Positions 10,518 to 19,984 of a DNA stretch of 64,000 bases are shown one piece after another. Under the pieces are notes generated by a model, which did no database searches, was not told where the DNA came from, and was given only the letters and a program-made list of their open reading frames with translations. This DNA comes from Planctomycetota bacterium. GTDB lineage: Bacteria > Planctomycetota > Planctomycetia > Pirellulales > Pirellulaceae. Both the position numbers and the translations under genes were made by a program. Numbering within the stretch: position 1 is the first letter of the stretch; each line of letters starts with the position of its first letter. Location: positions 20,169 to 84,168 of the forward strand of contig JBCBOO010000003.1 in assembly GCA_039821235.1 (NCBI GenBank), in the 5' to 3' direction.

Positions 10518-11494
10518 CGGATTCCGATTCAGAACCAGTCTACTGCGGCGTGGACTTGGGCGGCACGTCCGCGAAACTGGTGTTGGGTGATGCCAGCGGA
10601 CGCATAATGACCGAAGCGGCGTTTCCTACCATGAATGACGGCGCGCCCGACAAAGTGCTTCCAGCCATTGTCGACACGGCTCGGCAGATGATGAAAACCG
10701 AGGGTGTCGCTCGGCTCACGGGATTGGGCATGGGGGTGCCAGGTTTAGTGGATGTGGATTCCGGCACGACCCGTTTCCTGCCAAACTTGCCGACGCACTG
10801 GCGCGATATCGAAGTCGGGTTGCAGCTTGAACAACAGCTCGAGTGCGATGTTCGGGTCATGAACGATGCACGCGCGGCGACGCTTGGGGAACTTCGATTC
10901 GGTTTTGGAAGGCAGTCGCCGAGAGCCAGTTTTGCATTTTTTACGATCGGTACCGGCATCGGTGGTGGGCTCGTTATCGATGGGGAATTGCGTTTGGGTG
11001 AGTTCGGCGCCGCGGGTGAACTGGGCCATCAGACGATTCTGCCGGACGGTCCAATGTGTGGTTGTGGCAACCGGGGTTGTTTGGAGGCCTTAGCGAGTGG
11101 ACCTTCCATCGCGGCAGAAGGAATGCGGCTGATGCGGATGGGACTCGCGCCAACACTCGCCAAGATTGTGGAGAACGACTTGGATCGTGTGACACCCGAA
11201 ACCATGAACGATGCATCCGCAGAAGATCCGCTGGTCGCCAAAGCACTCCGGCGCGCAGCGACTTACTTGGGCATCGCGGTCGCGAACGTGATCACGATTG
11301 TCCATCCCGAGGCGGTCATCCTGGGAGGCGGCGTTTCCAAATTGGGAACGTCTCTCTTGGAACCCATTCGCAAAGTCGTCCAACAACGAGTTGGAATGTT
11401 TCCGACCGACGAGGTCTTGATCGCGTGCTCTCGTTTGGAAGATCAAGCAGGCAGGTTCGGATCGCTCGCATTGGCCATGGACTCGCCCCCGTAG
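10514..11494 (+). CDS. ROK family sugar kinase (glucokinase-like)
   Basis: It has the GVDLGGT ATPase motif and the ROK zinc motif [22 protein letters not shown]. The start overlaps the upstream stop. Confidence 0.85.
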   Translation: MTDSDSEPVYCGVDLGGTSAKLVLGDASGRIMTEAAFPTMNDGAPDKVLPAIVDTARQMMKTEGVARLTGLGMGVPGLVDVDSGTTRFLPNLPTHWRDIEVGLQLEQQLECDVRVMNDARAATLGELRFGFGRQSPRASFAFFTIGTGIGGGLVIDGELRLGEFGAAGELGHQTILPDGPMCGCGNRGCLEALASGPSIAAEGMRLMRMGLAPTLAKIVENDLDRVTPETMNDASAEDPLVAKALRRAATYLGIAVANVITIVHPEAVILGGGVSKLGTSLLEPIRKVVQQRVGMFPTDEVLIACSRLEDQAGRFGSLALAMDSPP

Positions 11495-11548
11495 GACAGG
11501 CTTCCAGCCTGTCGAGTTAAGGGGTGACAGGCTGGAAGCCTGTCCTAC
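11491..11548. terminator. perfect 23-bp inverted repeat (12-nt loop) between convergent genes; bidirectional terminator or repeat element
   Basis: gtaggacaggcttccagcctgtc (11491-11513) is the exact reverse complement of gacaggctggaagcctgtcctac (11526-11548). Each arm is itself a small palindrome (gacaggc..gcctgtc). Confidence 0.6.
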
Positions 11549-11585
11549 GGATGAGAAACACCGTAATCAGATTGTCGGGAGTTGC

Positions 11586-11993
11586 TCACCCTTGGACGCG
11601 TTCGCGAAGATCATCGATGGCGTCGTGCCACGCTTCGTTACGCCCGCCTTCATCCCACAATTCGGGTAGCTCCGAGTCTGGGCCGAGGATTCGCCCGATG
11701 GCCGCGTCTGCAGAGGCCTTCAGGTCGGCGCTGATTTCAGTCGGATGGGCCTCGATCCATTCATCAAGCTCTTCGCTGTAGGCATTGCGCACGCCCCACT
11801 TGCCTTGCAGGCGTGCAATGACCTCGCAGGCAGCCAAGCAATCGCAGGCTTCGTCACTGTCGAGGTAACCATCCGTTTGCAACACCGCATCGATCGCGGT
11901 CTGGACGGCCGGCAATCCTGGATCCTCCAAGAAAGTGCCAACCCAATCACACGCACTGTCGTTTCCAAACGTATCTTCCGCCCAAGCTCCCAT
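11586..11993 (-). CDS. DUF4259-like protein
   Basis: The N-terminus MGAWAEDTFGNDSACDWV matches the GAW..G.F.ND.A.D pattern I associate with DUF4259. Confidence 0.6.
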   Translation of the reverse strand: MGAWAEDTFGNDSACDWVGTFLEDPGLPAVQTAIDAVLQTDGYLDSDEACDCLAACEVIARLQGKWGVRNAYSEELDEWIEAHPTEISADLKASADAAIGRILGPDSELPELWDEGGRNEAWHDAIDDLRERVQG

Positions 11994-12263
11994 GAAAGGT
12001 TCTCCAGTGTTACGTTCAATGATGACCGCGAAAGCACCAAACGCATCTTACCATGCGACCTGGGCTCATTCTTCGACAGAGTCTTCACCACAACGCCAAG
12101 AATGCTAGAAATAAAGACCCGCTGAAGGTTCAATCGCCACGGTAGAGACTCGCATTCAGGATCCCCAGCACGATCCCGCAGAGGAGGTGAGTACGGGTTT
12201 GTCATCGGGGCTTTGAGCAGTTGATTTGGTTGAACCGTTGTTCGGGGCAACCACAAGCGATCG

Positions 12264-12623
12264 CTATCCGCGCCATCCAAAATAGTAAAGATACATAAAC
12301 GCGTAGACGAGAAATGGAAACGCCAGTATCGACGCGAAGACGAAGACCTTTGCGAATGTTTTAAAAGATGAGTAAGTGTAGATGAATGTGATCCAGGTCA
12401 GGAGGTAGGCCCCCGCGATCAAGACGAACCTACTAAGCGATCCGCAGCACGTAGTCCACGGAATCGGCCACTCTCGCAATGTGCCATCCCAGCGAAGCTC
12501 AGGAGGCGGATCCCAAACGGCGACTTGTAGCAGCCAAACGACCGCCAACAATATCATTGGTGTCCATGGCATTAGCTGTTGAATCGGGGACGCGCGTTCA
12601 GTGTCCTCGTGTCGCTTCGTCAT
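12264..12623 (-). CDS. hypothetical multi-pass membrane protein (start uncertain: 12716, 12623 or 12572)
   Basis: It has hydrophobic segments MILLAVVWLLQVAV, FVLIAGAYLLTWITFIY and VFVFASILAFPFLVYAF. The longest ORF overlaps the upstream gene, so an internal start is likely. Confidence 0.4.
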   Translation of the reverse strand: MTKRHEDTERASPIQQLMPWTPMILLAVVWLLQVAVWDPPPELRWDGTLREWPIPWTTCCGSLSRFVLIAGAYLLTWITFIYTYSSFKTFAKVFVFASILAFPFLVYAFMYLYYFGWRG

Positions 12624-13134
12624 TACTCGACAGTTCCCGTTGGAGTTGGTCGATATAACGGGCGGCGCCTTCTCGATGCGGTATCTCACGAGCCGCTGCA
12701 AGTTTTTCCTTGGCACCGTCGCGGTCGTTTTGTCTGATTGCGACGGCGGCCAGCGTCGCGACCAGCACGCACCGATCGTTTGAGGTTCGGACTCCCAAGT
12801 CCAACGCCGTCTGAAGGTGTTGTTCCGCCGACTTTAACTTGTCGTCGTGCCGGGAATCCAGCACCCCGTGAATCCAGTTCAGGTATGCTCGTGATTGCGA
12901 GTTGAGCAGGTGAGGAAAGCGGATGGTCGAGATCAATTGCTCCGCGCGCTCCACCTCACCTTGCTGAAGTGCCATGAATGCTGGGCGAATCGGTCCGTAT
13001 CGAAAATGGCCGAACACAAAGAGACCGCCAGCGGAGATCACCAGAAATCCGCTGCGATTCCCAATGCTCAGAAGGTACGCGCCATAGGCCAACGTGACCA
13101 AAACCAGGAGCATACGAATGGGCGGAGTGAACAT
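12598..13134 (-). CDS. hypothetical membrane protein with helical-repeat C-terminal half
   Basis: It has two N-terminal TM segments (MLLVLVTLAYGAYLL, FLVISAGGLFVFG). No family was recognised. Confidence 0.45.
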   Translation of the reverse strand: MFTPPIRMLLVLVTLAYGAYLLSIGNRSGFLVISAGGLFVFGHFRYGPIRPAFMALQQGEVERAEQLISTIRFPHLLNSQSRAYLNWIHGVLDSRHDDKLKSAEQHLQTALDLGVRTSNDRCVLVATLAAVAIRQNDRDGAKEKLAAAREIPHREGAARYIDQLQRELSSNDEATRGH

Positions 13135-13246
13135 CTCAGTGACGGTTTAGGCGATTCTGCAGGAGCGAAGAACGGATAAAGCCTGGACTCCAACGTCGAA
13201 AGTAGGAGACTCTTCCTTCGTAGTCTTCGTGCCACGATTGACCTTG

Positions 13247-14668
13247 CTAGGTCTTGGTGGGTTTTCGCCTGGCGACTCCGGTTTCAATGGCGGTTCGGCC
13301 GACGGCTTCGGCGACGAGGCCCGCGACTCGGCGATCAAAGACGCTGGGAATGATGTAATCGTTGGTTAGGTTTTCGGGCGGGATCACCGAAGCGATCGCT
13401 TCCGCTGCTGCAAGCTTCATCGCGTTATTGATCGAGCGGGCGCGGACATCCAAGACGCCTCGAAAGAGACCCGGAAAACACAGCACGTTGTTGATCTGGT
13501 TCGGATAGTCGCTTCGTCCGGTCGCCACAATTTGAGCATGCTGGTCGGCCAAGTGGGGCGGAATCTCTGGGGTCGGATTCGCGAGCGCGTAAACGATCGC
13601 TCCGTCGGCCATCGTTTTCACGTCGTCTTCGGTGAGAGCACCGGCAACACTGACGCCGATGAAAACGTCTTTGTCTTGGATGACGTCAGAAAGCTTGCCC
13701 GACTCGACTTGTTTGTTGGTGTGCTCGGCGAGCCAAATTTTGATTTGGTTGTCTCCAAGATCCTGACGATGACTACCGACGGCGCCGCGGCTGTCGCAAA
13801 CAACAATGTGTTCGGCGCCGGCTTCCATCAGCAACTTGGCGATGGCGGTTCCCGCGGCTCCCGAACCGTTGATCACGATTCGGATTTCGGGCAACTTCTT
13901 CTTCACGATTCGCAAGGCATTCATAAGTCCCGCGAGCACCACGATGGCGGTTCCGTGTTGGTCATCATGAAAGACCGGGATTTCAAGGGAAGACTCCAGT
14001 CGCTGTTCGATCTCGATGCAGCGTGGCGCGGAGATGTCTTCCAAATTCACTCCGCCGAACGACGGAGCCAAACGCGCGACGGTCTCGATGATTTCTTCGG
14101 TGTCTTGTGTTTCGAGACAAATCGGAAACGCATCCACACCCGCGAATTCCTTGAACAGCATCGCTTTGCCCTCCATCACCGGCATTGCGGCGCGTGGGCC
14201 AATGTTTCCCAGCCCGAGGACGGCACTGCCATCGCTGATGACCGCGACGGTGTTTTTTCGGATGGTCAACGCGAACGATGAATCCGGGTCTTCGGCGATC
14301 GCTTGGCAAACGCGCGCGACACCCGGCGTGTAGGCCATCGACAGGTCGTCGCGGGTTTTGATCGGGGCTTTCGAGTTGACTTCGATCTTGCCGCCCAAGT
14401 GCATCAAGAACACGCGGTCGGAAACATTGACGACTTCAATTTCGTCAATCTGCTTCAGCAGTGCCACAATGGCTTGGCCATGATCGACATCGGTGCTGTT
14501 GACGGTAATGTCACGTGAGATCAAACCGTCGGTGACGCCGACGATGTCCACCGCACCGATGAACCCGTTTGCTTCGCCGATCGCGGTCGTGATTTTGCCA
14601 AGCAAGCCCGGGCGATCTCGGTACCGAAGACGAATCGTGATGGCGTACGAAGGACTGTTGTGAAGCAT
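13247..14668 (-). CDS. NAD(P)-dependent malic enzyme with N-terminal ACT domain
   Basis: It has an ACT-like start (ITIRLRYRDRPGLLGKITTAIGEANG), malic enzyme motifs (YTPGVA, FGGVNLEDISAPRC, VFHDDQHGTA) and the Rossmann motif NGSGAAGTA. I chose the internal ATG at 14668 because the longer ORF overlaps the upstream gene. Confidence 0.88.
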   Translation of the reverse strand: MLHNSPSYAITIRLRYRDRPGLLGKITTAIGEANGFIGAVDIVGVTDGLISRDITVNSTDVDHGQAIVALLKQIDEIEVVNVSDRVFLMHLGGKIEVNSKAPIKTRDDLSMAYTPGVARVCQAIAEDPDSSFALTIRKNTVAVISDGSAVLGLGNIGPRAAMPVMEGKAMLFKEFAGVDAFPICLETQDTEEIIETVARLAPSFGGVNLEDISAPRCIEIEQRLESSLEIPVFHDDQHGTAIVVLAGLMNALRIVKKKLPEIRIVINGSGAAGTAIAKLLMEAGAEHIVVCDSRGAVGSHRQDLGDNQIKIWLAEHTNKQVESGKLSDVIQDKDVFIGVSVAGALTEDDVKTMADGAIVYALANPTPEIPPHLADQHAQIVATGRSDYPNQINNVLCFPGLFRGVLDVRARSINNAMKLAAAEAIASVIPPENLTNDYIIPSVFDRRVAGLVAEAVGRTAIETGVARRKPTKT

Positions 14669-14696
14669 GCGAGTTCGTTTCGACTTCGATTCTGGA

Positions 14697-16004
14697 TCAA
14701 GCCGTCCAGCGACGAATTCGAATCGCACTGGCTTGACCTTGAGGGGTGATGTTGAGGTTAATGAATTGATCCCCGGCGGGAACGTCGTCGGCCGTGACGG
14801 CATTGATTGGGCAGTCGTCGCTGACGGTTTCGAGATTGCGGATCGGAAAGAGGTTGCCGCCGAGCGATTTCAGGCTGGCAATGGTTTCGACCATCCCGCC
14901 GCCCGCACCCAAGTTGCCGAAGTGACCTTTTGCCGTCGTCACCGGTGGCTGTGAATTTGCATCGCCAAAGACAGAGAGAATCGCAGCGGCTTCTTGACGA
15001 TCGCATTCCTGTGTCGACAAGCCGTGCGCGTGGACATGCCCGATCTGTCCGGCGTCTTCATCACCCAATGCGGAACGAAGCACATTGGTGATGGCGGTTT
15101 GAAAAAAGTCGCTTTTCGTTGCGCCGACGGCGCTGCTGCCGTACCCGACGACTTCGCCCAAGATGGTCGCCTTTCGAGACGTCGCATGTTCCAGTGTTTC
15201 GCAGACCAACGCGCCGGCGCCTTCGCCGAGGACACTGCCGTCACGAGTCGCCGAAAAGGGCCGACTCATGGTCGACGGATCGTCTTGCCCGGATGCCAAG
15301 GTCTCCTGCATGTCCGCGTGCAAGGATCGCAGCGGGTGAATGCGCGAACCGGTGGAGCCGACGACCAGCACATCGGCGTGGCCGCGCGAGATCGTCGAGT
15401 AAGCTTCCGCGAGTGCCGCACCCGCCGACGCTTCGCGGACGGTGATCGAATTATTGGGGCCACGTAAATCGTTGTAGATCGCGACGTGACTGGCTGGCAT
15501 GTTGGGCAGATACTTGAGCAACCACAGAGGATTGACTTCCGGCTTCCCGTGTTCGCCCCATTTCTTGAAATCGAATTCGCCGTCGACCAAGCACTTCTCG
15601 ATGCCTTTTGCGAATTCATGAGGCAACGACATGATGTAATCGCAGCCATAGACGACACCGGTTCGTTCCGGATCGCGGCTCTCGACGTCCAGCTTGGCAT
15701 CGACCAGGGCAAGCTGCGCGACGGCGACGCCCATTTCGATTTCACGGCACATGACTTTGCTGCCCTTGCGAATGGTTCGCTGCAGCTTTTTATCCATCGG
15801 ACCATAGTCGTCGATCGAGCCCGAGAAGTCCCACGCTTGCGCGCCATGATTGATCGATAAAATATCCGACGGGATTTGATCGAGAAGCTTGATCCCCGTT
15901 TGTCGCGTGCGAAGGGAGTCGACGAGTTGGTCGGGGTCATTGCCGAGTGGACTGACCACGCCAAGACCGGTAATCACGACGCGTCGCGATGAAGCACTAT
16001 CCAT
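14697..16004 (-). CDS. beta-ketoacyl-ACP synthase (FabF/KAS II-like) with catalytic Cys replaced by Glu
   Basis: It has RRVVITGLGVVSPLG, HAHGLST and TAKGHFGNLGAGGG (both His motifs present). The active-site segment reads LRGPNNSITVREASAG where FabF has [15 protein letters not shown]. Confidence 0.8.
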   Translation of the reverse strand: MDSASSRRVVITGLGVVSPLGNDPDQLVDSLRTRQTGIKLLDQIPSDILSINHGAQAWDFSGSIDDYGPMDKKLQRTIRKGSKVMCREIEMGVAVAQLALVDAKLDVESRDPERTGVVYGCDYIMSLPHEFAKGIEKCLVDGEFDFKKWGEHGKPEVNPLWLLKYLPNMPASHVAIYNDLRGPNNSITVREASAGAALAEAYSTISRGHADVLVVGSTGSRIHPLRSLHADMQETLASGQDDPSTMSRPFSATRDGSVLGEGAGALVCETLEHATSRKATILGEVVGYGSSAVGATKSDFFQTAITNVLRSALGDEDAGQIGHVHAHGLSTQECDRQEAAAILSVFGDANSQPPVTTAKGHFGNLGAGGGMVETIASLKSLGGNLFPIRNLETVSDDCPINAVTADDVPAGDQFINLNITPQGQASAIRIRRWTA

Positions 16005-16288
16005 GGATCATCAAGGGGAGGCGGGATGGAGCGTTTGCGAAAGAAAACGCATTTTAGGGTCTGCGCGCCTTGGCAAAGAGGGGGCGCCCGTAAAGTCCTC
16101 TCGCTGCGCTTTTGGCAAGCGACGTGGGCTGGAAATGGGAAGTGTTGGCCGCCTTGTTTGAATCAGCAGTGTTTCTACTGCATGGCCGAGCCCCGAGGGG
16201 GGCGGTAGCACGTTGCCGGTGGGCTCGCCCACAGGTGGCTTACGGGCCTTTCCCGTCATTTACTTTTGGGCCTAAATCCACCATCTCG

Positions 16289-17089
16289 TTAATATCGGCC
16301 TCGGTTGGGGGCTCCCAGTCCGGATGAAATCTGTGGCACCATCGGTGTCGTTGTGAGATTCTCGGAGGCACGTCCGCGAAACTCGATGAACATCAACGCG
16401 TCGGCGCGTCCGGCCGTCGTGCCGGTGATCATTTCGAGATTCAAAAGTGGCATCGCCGCTTGGGGTCGCTCGGGGCTGGCGATCACGCCACAGGAGAGCA
16501 GCAGCACCATGTCCGATGGCCAGCGAAACCGTTCATGCAGTCGCCAGCTGACGACTTGGGGAACATCAATTTTGGTGCGGTGAACTTGAGCGTTCGGTAG
16601 CGGCAAGTCCAACTCGACGGCTTTCAGTTTATCGACTTGATCGATCTCGGCTTTGATGACGCAGTCGATCGCGGTTCCGTCAACGCTGAGCAGCGGGCTG
16701 ATTTCCAGCTTGTAGCCTTCTTGGATCTCGCCGGTCTCGGGTTCATACGGCGGCCAGCCGGTGGCGGCAGGTTTGACGTTTCGCACGTAGTTCCGCCCAC
16801 GGGTGCTGGCGAGTTTTTGGGTTTGACCGTTGTTGGTGATCAGATCGAGCGCTTGGACTTGTCGCGTGTCGGTCCGTTGGCGAAGCATGTTCAGTACGAG
16901 CGCGGCGTTCTCTTTGCTCAATAACCAGGCTTGAACGCCCGCCGAGTCCACGTTCACATGCTGCATTAACAAGTGGGCTCGGCTTCGCCAGTTCGGATTG
17001 CCAACCGTCATCACGCGAAGCGACATGACCTGGGGTTCTTTTTCGCCCGCAACGAATCGATCCACCATTCCGTTGACGACGCCGTGCAT
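16289..17089 (-). CDS. secretin-like C-terminal fragment or hypothetical protein (possibly the 3' part of a frameshifted gene)
   Basis: It weakly resembles a secretin domain (LDLITNNGQTQKLAS..., GYKLEISPLLSVDGTAIDCVIKAEI, VHRTKIDVPQVVSWRL...MVLLLSCGVI, MPLLNLEMITG). The ATG lies 9 nt after the upstream stop, in a different frame. Confidence 0.35.
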   Translation of the reverse strand: MHGVVNGMVDRFVAGEKEPQVMSLRVMTVGNPNWRSRAHLLMQHVNVDSAGVQAWLLSKENAALVLNMLRQRTDTRQVQALDLITNNGQTQKLASTRGRNYVRNVKPAATGWPPYEPETGEIQEGYKLEISPLLSVDGTAIDCVIKAEIDQVDKLKAVELDLPLPNAQVHRTKIDVPQVVSWRLHERFRWPSDMVLLLSCGVIASPERPQAAMPLLNLEMITGTTAGRADALMFIEFRGRASENLTTTPMVPQISSGLGAPNRGRY

Positions 17090-17097
17090 CTCCGCAG

Positions 17098-17601
17098 TTA
17101 AACCGACAGCTTGTCTCGATTTGCATTGAGTACGCCAAACGGTGCGGTGAACCAAACATCCGTTCCGGTTTCACGTAGGACCCAGTCGACAATAGCTTGC
17201 TCGGGATGGTCGTGCTGCTGCAAGTAGCCGGTGTAGGGCCGAAGGTCGTAGTCGACCCAGTACTGACCGGCCTCTTGCGGCAGCGTCCCACTGTTTCTCG
17301 GCTGGTTCCCGCCGGCAGTGAAACCTCGATTGTCGGGAGCATTCTCGAGGGCGCGGGGGGTGAATTGTGAGGGGGGGGCGACCGCCGCCGATGCGTTTGC
17401 TGCCGGTTGGGTGTTGGGCAACGCCGAGAGGGCGCGTCCTGGGGCGGGTTGTCCAGGCTGGCTGCCTTGGCCGGCCGGGAATGACATTCCAGGTTTTGCG
17501 GATCCCTGGCCCCATACGGCTGCCGGAGAAACCGCCAAACCCGCACCCATCACCGCCGTTGCCGTCAAAGAAGCTAGGAATCGGATCGGTCGATCATGCA
17601 T
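17098..17601 (-). CDS. secreted hypothetical protein (possibly the 5' part of the same frameshifted gene)
   Basis: It has a signal peptide (MHDRPIRFLASLTATAVMGAGLAVSPAAVWGQ) and a low-complexity Pro/Gln/Ala region. Confidence 0.4.
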   Translation of the reverse strand: MHDRPIRFLASLTATAVMGAGLAVSPAAVWGQGSAKPGMSFPAGQGSQPGQPAPGRALSALPNTQPAANASAAVAPPSQFTPRALENAPDNRGFTAGGNQPRNSGTLPQEAGQYWVDYDLRPYTGYLQQHDHPEQAIVDWVLRETGTDVWFTAPFGVLNANRDKLSV

Positions 17602-17718
17602 TGTGGGCCATTCCTGATAAGATGTGCGCGGCCGTCGCAGTCCATCGCGCCGGTTCATCTCGGCTATACCTGGCTGAGTTGTCTCGCATCAAGGTGACTT
17701 TGGATTCGGAACCCGAGC

Positions 17719-19227
17719 GTGGATCCCAAAAACGAATCATCCGACGCCTCACCGGACGGCGAATCCACCGCGAATCGCGAGAGCGGAGCCGAGCGAGACT
17801 CGGTAAGCGAGCGATTGCGAGTGCTGCGTTTGGAGCTGGAGAAAACGCGCAGTGAAGCGGTCGCGGCTCGATTGGAAGCTCGGGCGAAAGAACTGGAGTT
17901 ACAGATTGCCAGACTCGATCGGGGTGAGACGCTCGACGACGAACCGTTGGCGCCTCTGCCAGAGAAGATGCGTTACGACGGCGAACACAAACGGTCCTCG
18001 CGTCGGCCGCACGTCGATTGCTCTTCGCCGGCGGGCGATCCCGATCTGGTCAAGCCGCGAGATGCCACGAAGGGAGCGATGGATTCCTGGACGGACATCG
18101 CGGAGGTTTTAGCGGCGGGTTCCGTCAGCCCCGATGCGATTCATTCGACGGATTCACTTGCCGGTGACAGCAGTGAAACGACGTTGAGTCGATCGGTCGT
18201 TCAAGCTCCGGTGCTGCCGAAGCCTCAGATTGTGACGGAGGCTACAACGCAACCGTCCGCTCCATTGCTAGGAAAGTCGCAAGAGGAGTTGGAAGCGCTC
18301 GATTGCCAAGAAGAAGACGTGGTGGGCCGGCGAGCCAAGCCGACGGTCTGGATGGCAAGCGCCGTGTTTCACGCGATCGTCTTTTTGATTCTTGCATTCT
18401 GGACGATCTCGAGCCGCCAGCCGCTCGATCAAGTCGCGATCGCCGGTTCGTTTGAAGCGACCGACGAAGTGCAAATCGAGAATTTGGAAATCCAAACCGA
18501 AACACTCGAGGCGGAGCCGGAAACCGTCCAGCCGTCGGCAATTCAGGACACCATCTCCGAGCTGGGTGAGATCGCCGTCAGTGATGTCATCGCCGATGTG
18601 CCAGGTCCGCCCGCTCCGGTTGTGGACGCACAATCGTTCAGCCGCGAGATGGCCGCGATGTCGATGAAGTCTGACTCAGATTCAAAGATGCAGTTCTGTG
18701 GCGTTGAAGGAGGCGGCAATCACTTTGTGTACTTGGTCGATAGCAGCGGCAGCATGGGCGATGCCTTTGAATCGGCCCGCACAGAGTTGCTGCGCAGCAT
18801 TCAAGCTCTCACTCCGGAACAACGTTTCTACGTCATCTTCTTTGACGCCGAGTCGGATTACATGCGGATTAGCGATCCGTCCGAAGACGAGTCCCGGAGT
18901 GTTTACGCGACGCCGGAGAACAAGCAGCGACTGGCTCGCTGGGCGATGACGGTTTCGATGGATCGCGGCAAGGCCCCCTACGAAGCAATTCCCTTTGCAC
19001 TCGACCTCAGTCCGGACGTGATCTTTTTGTTGTCCGACGGGGAGTTCCCGCAACGCATCGAAGACATGCTCAAGGATATCAACCGCGTCGACAATCTCTT
19101 TGGCGACGATGGCCCGATCAGCATCATCCACACCATCGGGTATCACAGTCGCGAGGGTGAAACTCGCATGCGACGCATCGCGGAACAGAACGGCGGCAAG
19201 TATCGCTACGTGCCTGAACCGGGCTGA
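17719..19227 (+). CDS. membrane-anchored von Willebrand factor A (VWA) domain protein
   Basis: It has an N-terminal coiled-coil-like region, a TM segment (VWMASAVFHAIVFLILAFWTI) and a VWA MIDAS motif (FVYLVDSSGSMGD). The start codon is GTG. Confidence 0.75.
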   Translation: MDPKNESSDASPDGESTANRESGAERDSVSERLRVLRLELEKTRSEAVAARLEARAKELELQIARLDRGETLDDEPLAPLPEKMRYDGEHKRSSRRPHVDCSSPAGDPDLVKPRDATKGAMDSWTDIAEVLAAGSVSPDAIHSTDSLAGDSSETTLSRSVVQAPVLPKPQIVTEATTQPSAPLLGKSQEELEALDCQEEDVVGRRAKPTVWMASAVFHAIVFLILAFWTISSRQPLDQVAIAGSFEATDEVQIENLEIQTETLEAEPETVQPSAIQDTISELGEIAVSDVIADVPGPPAPVVDAQSFSREMAAMSMKSDSDSKMQFCGVEGGGNHFVYLVDSSGSMGDAFESARTELLRSIQALTPEQRFYVIFFDAESDYMRISDPSEDESRSVYATPENKQRLARWAMTVSMDRGKAPYEAIPFALDLSPDVIFLLSDGEFPQRIEDMLKDINRVDNLFGDDGPISIIHTIGYHSREGETRMRRIAEQNGGKYRYVPEPG

Positions 19228-19320
19228 CTGGCTGACTCTCGCCAAGCCCGCGAGATGCGATAGACTCCGGTTTCACGCGATGCTCGCGTGCCGTCTTTTC
19301 TTTCGCAGAGGGTTGGATCG

Positions 19321-19794
19321 ATGAAAGGTCTTATCGAAGAGTTTCGCAAGTTTGCCATGAAAGGCAGCGTGGTCGACTTGGCCGTGGGAGTTGTCATTGG
19401 GACGGCATTCGGCAAGATCGTCAGTTCGTTCGTGGCGAACATCATTATGCCGCCGCTGAACTTGATCACCGCCAAGTACGGCGTGAACTTCAGCAGTCTT
19501 GCACTCAAAATTAAAACGGAGTCGCCCAAGCTCGACGACAAAGGTCAGATCCTCAAAGACGCGGAAGGCAATCCGGAGATGATTTTCCAGGATTATCCGG
19601 TGCTCAATTACGGGCCCTTTATTCAAACGATCGTGGATTTCCTGCTGATCGCCATCGCGATTTTCGTTGCGATCAAAGTGATGAATAAAGCAAAAGAACG
19701 CTTTGAGAAAGAAGAGGAAGAAGCACCGAAAGAGCCCAGCGAAGACATCAAGTTGCTGCGTGAAATCCGCGATTCGTTGCAAAAGTCATCCTGA
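19321..19794 (+). CDS. mscL: large-conductance mechanosensitive channel
   Basis: MKGLIEEFRKFAMKGSVVDLAVGVVIGTAFGKIVSSFVANIIMPPL is the classic MscL N-terminus. A second TM and a charged C-terminal helix follow. Confidence 0.92.
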   Translation: MKGLIEEFRKFAMKGSVVDLAVGVVIGTAFGKIVSSFVANIIMPPLNLITAKYGVNFSSLALKIKTESPKLDDKGQILKDAEGNPEMIFQDYPVLNYGPFIQTIVDFLLIAIAIFVAIKVMNKAKERFEKEEEEAPKEPSEDIKLLREIRDSLQKSS

Positions 19795-19984
19795 TCGTAC
19801 TGACTGGTTGCACCCAGCCCGTGGGGGTCATTCACGTGACCTTCGCATTGGAAATTGGTCTGGCGGGCATTTCAACTGGGATGTGAAAATATGCCGGTTG
19901 TATTGGATATCGGTGCCCTTTCTTGCCGATGAAGCTCAGCGATGAAGGATTCGCCGATTCACGTGCGCATGGAGGCGCACCGAG

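Noticed and set aside
17658-17719. A 60-bp divergent promoter region between the secretin-like gene and the VWA gene was considered as evidence for a shared secretion/adhesion system.
   Set aside because: Only adjacency supports it, and both assignments are weak to moderate. No pilus, ATPase or chaperone genes are nearby.
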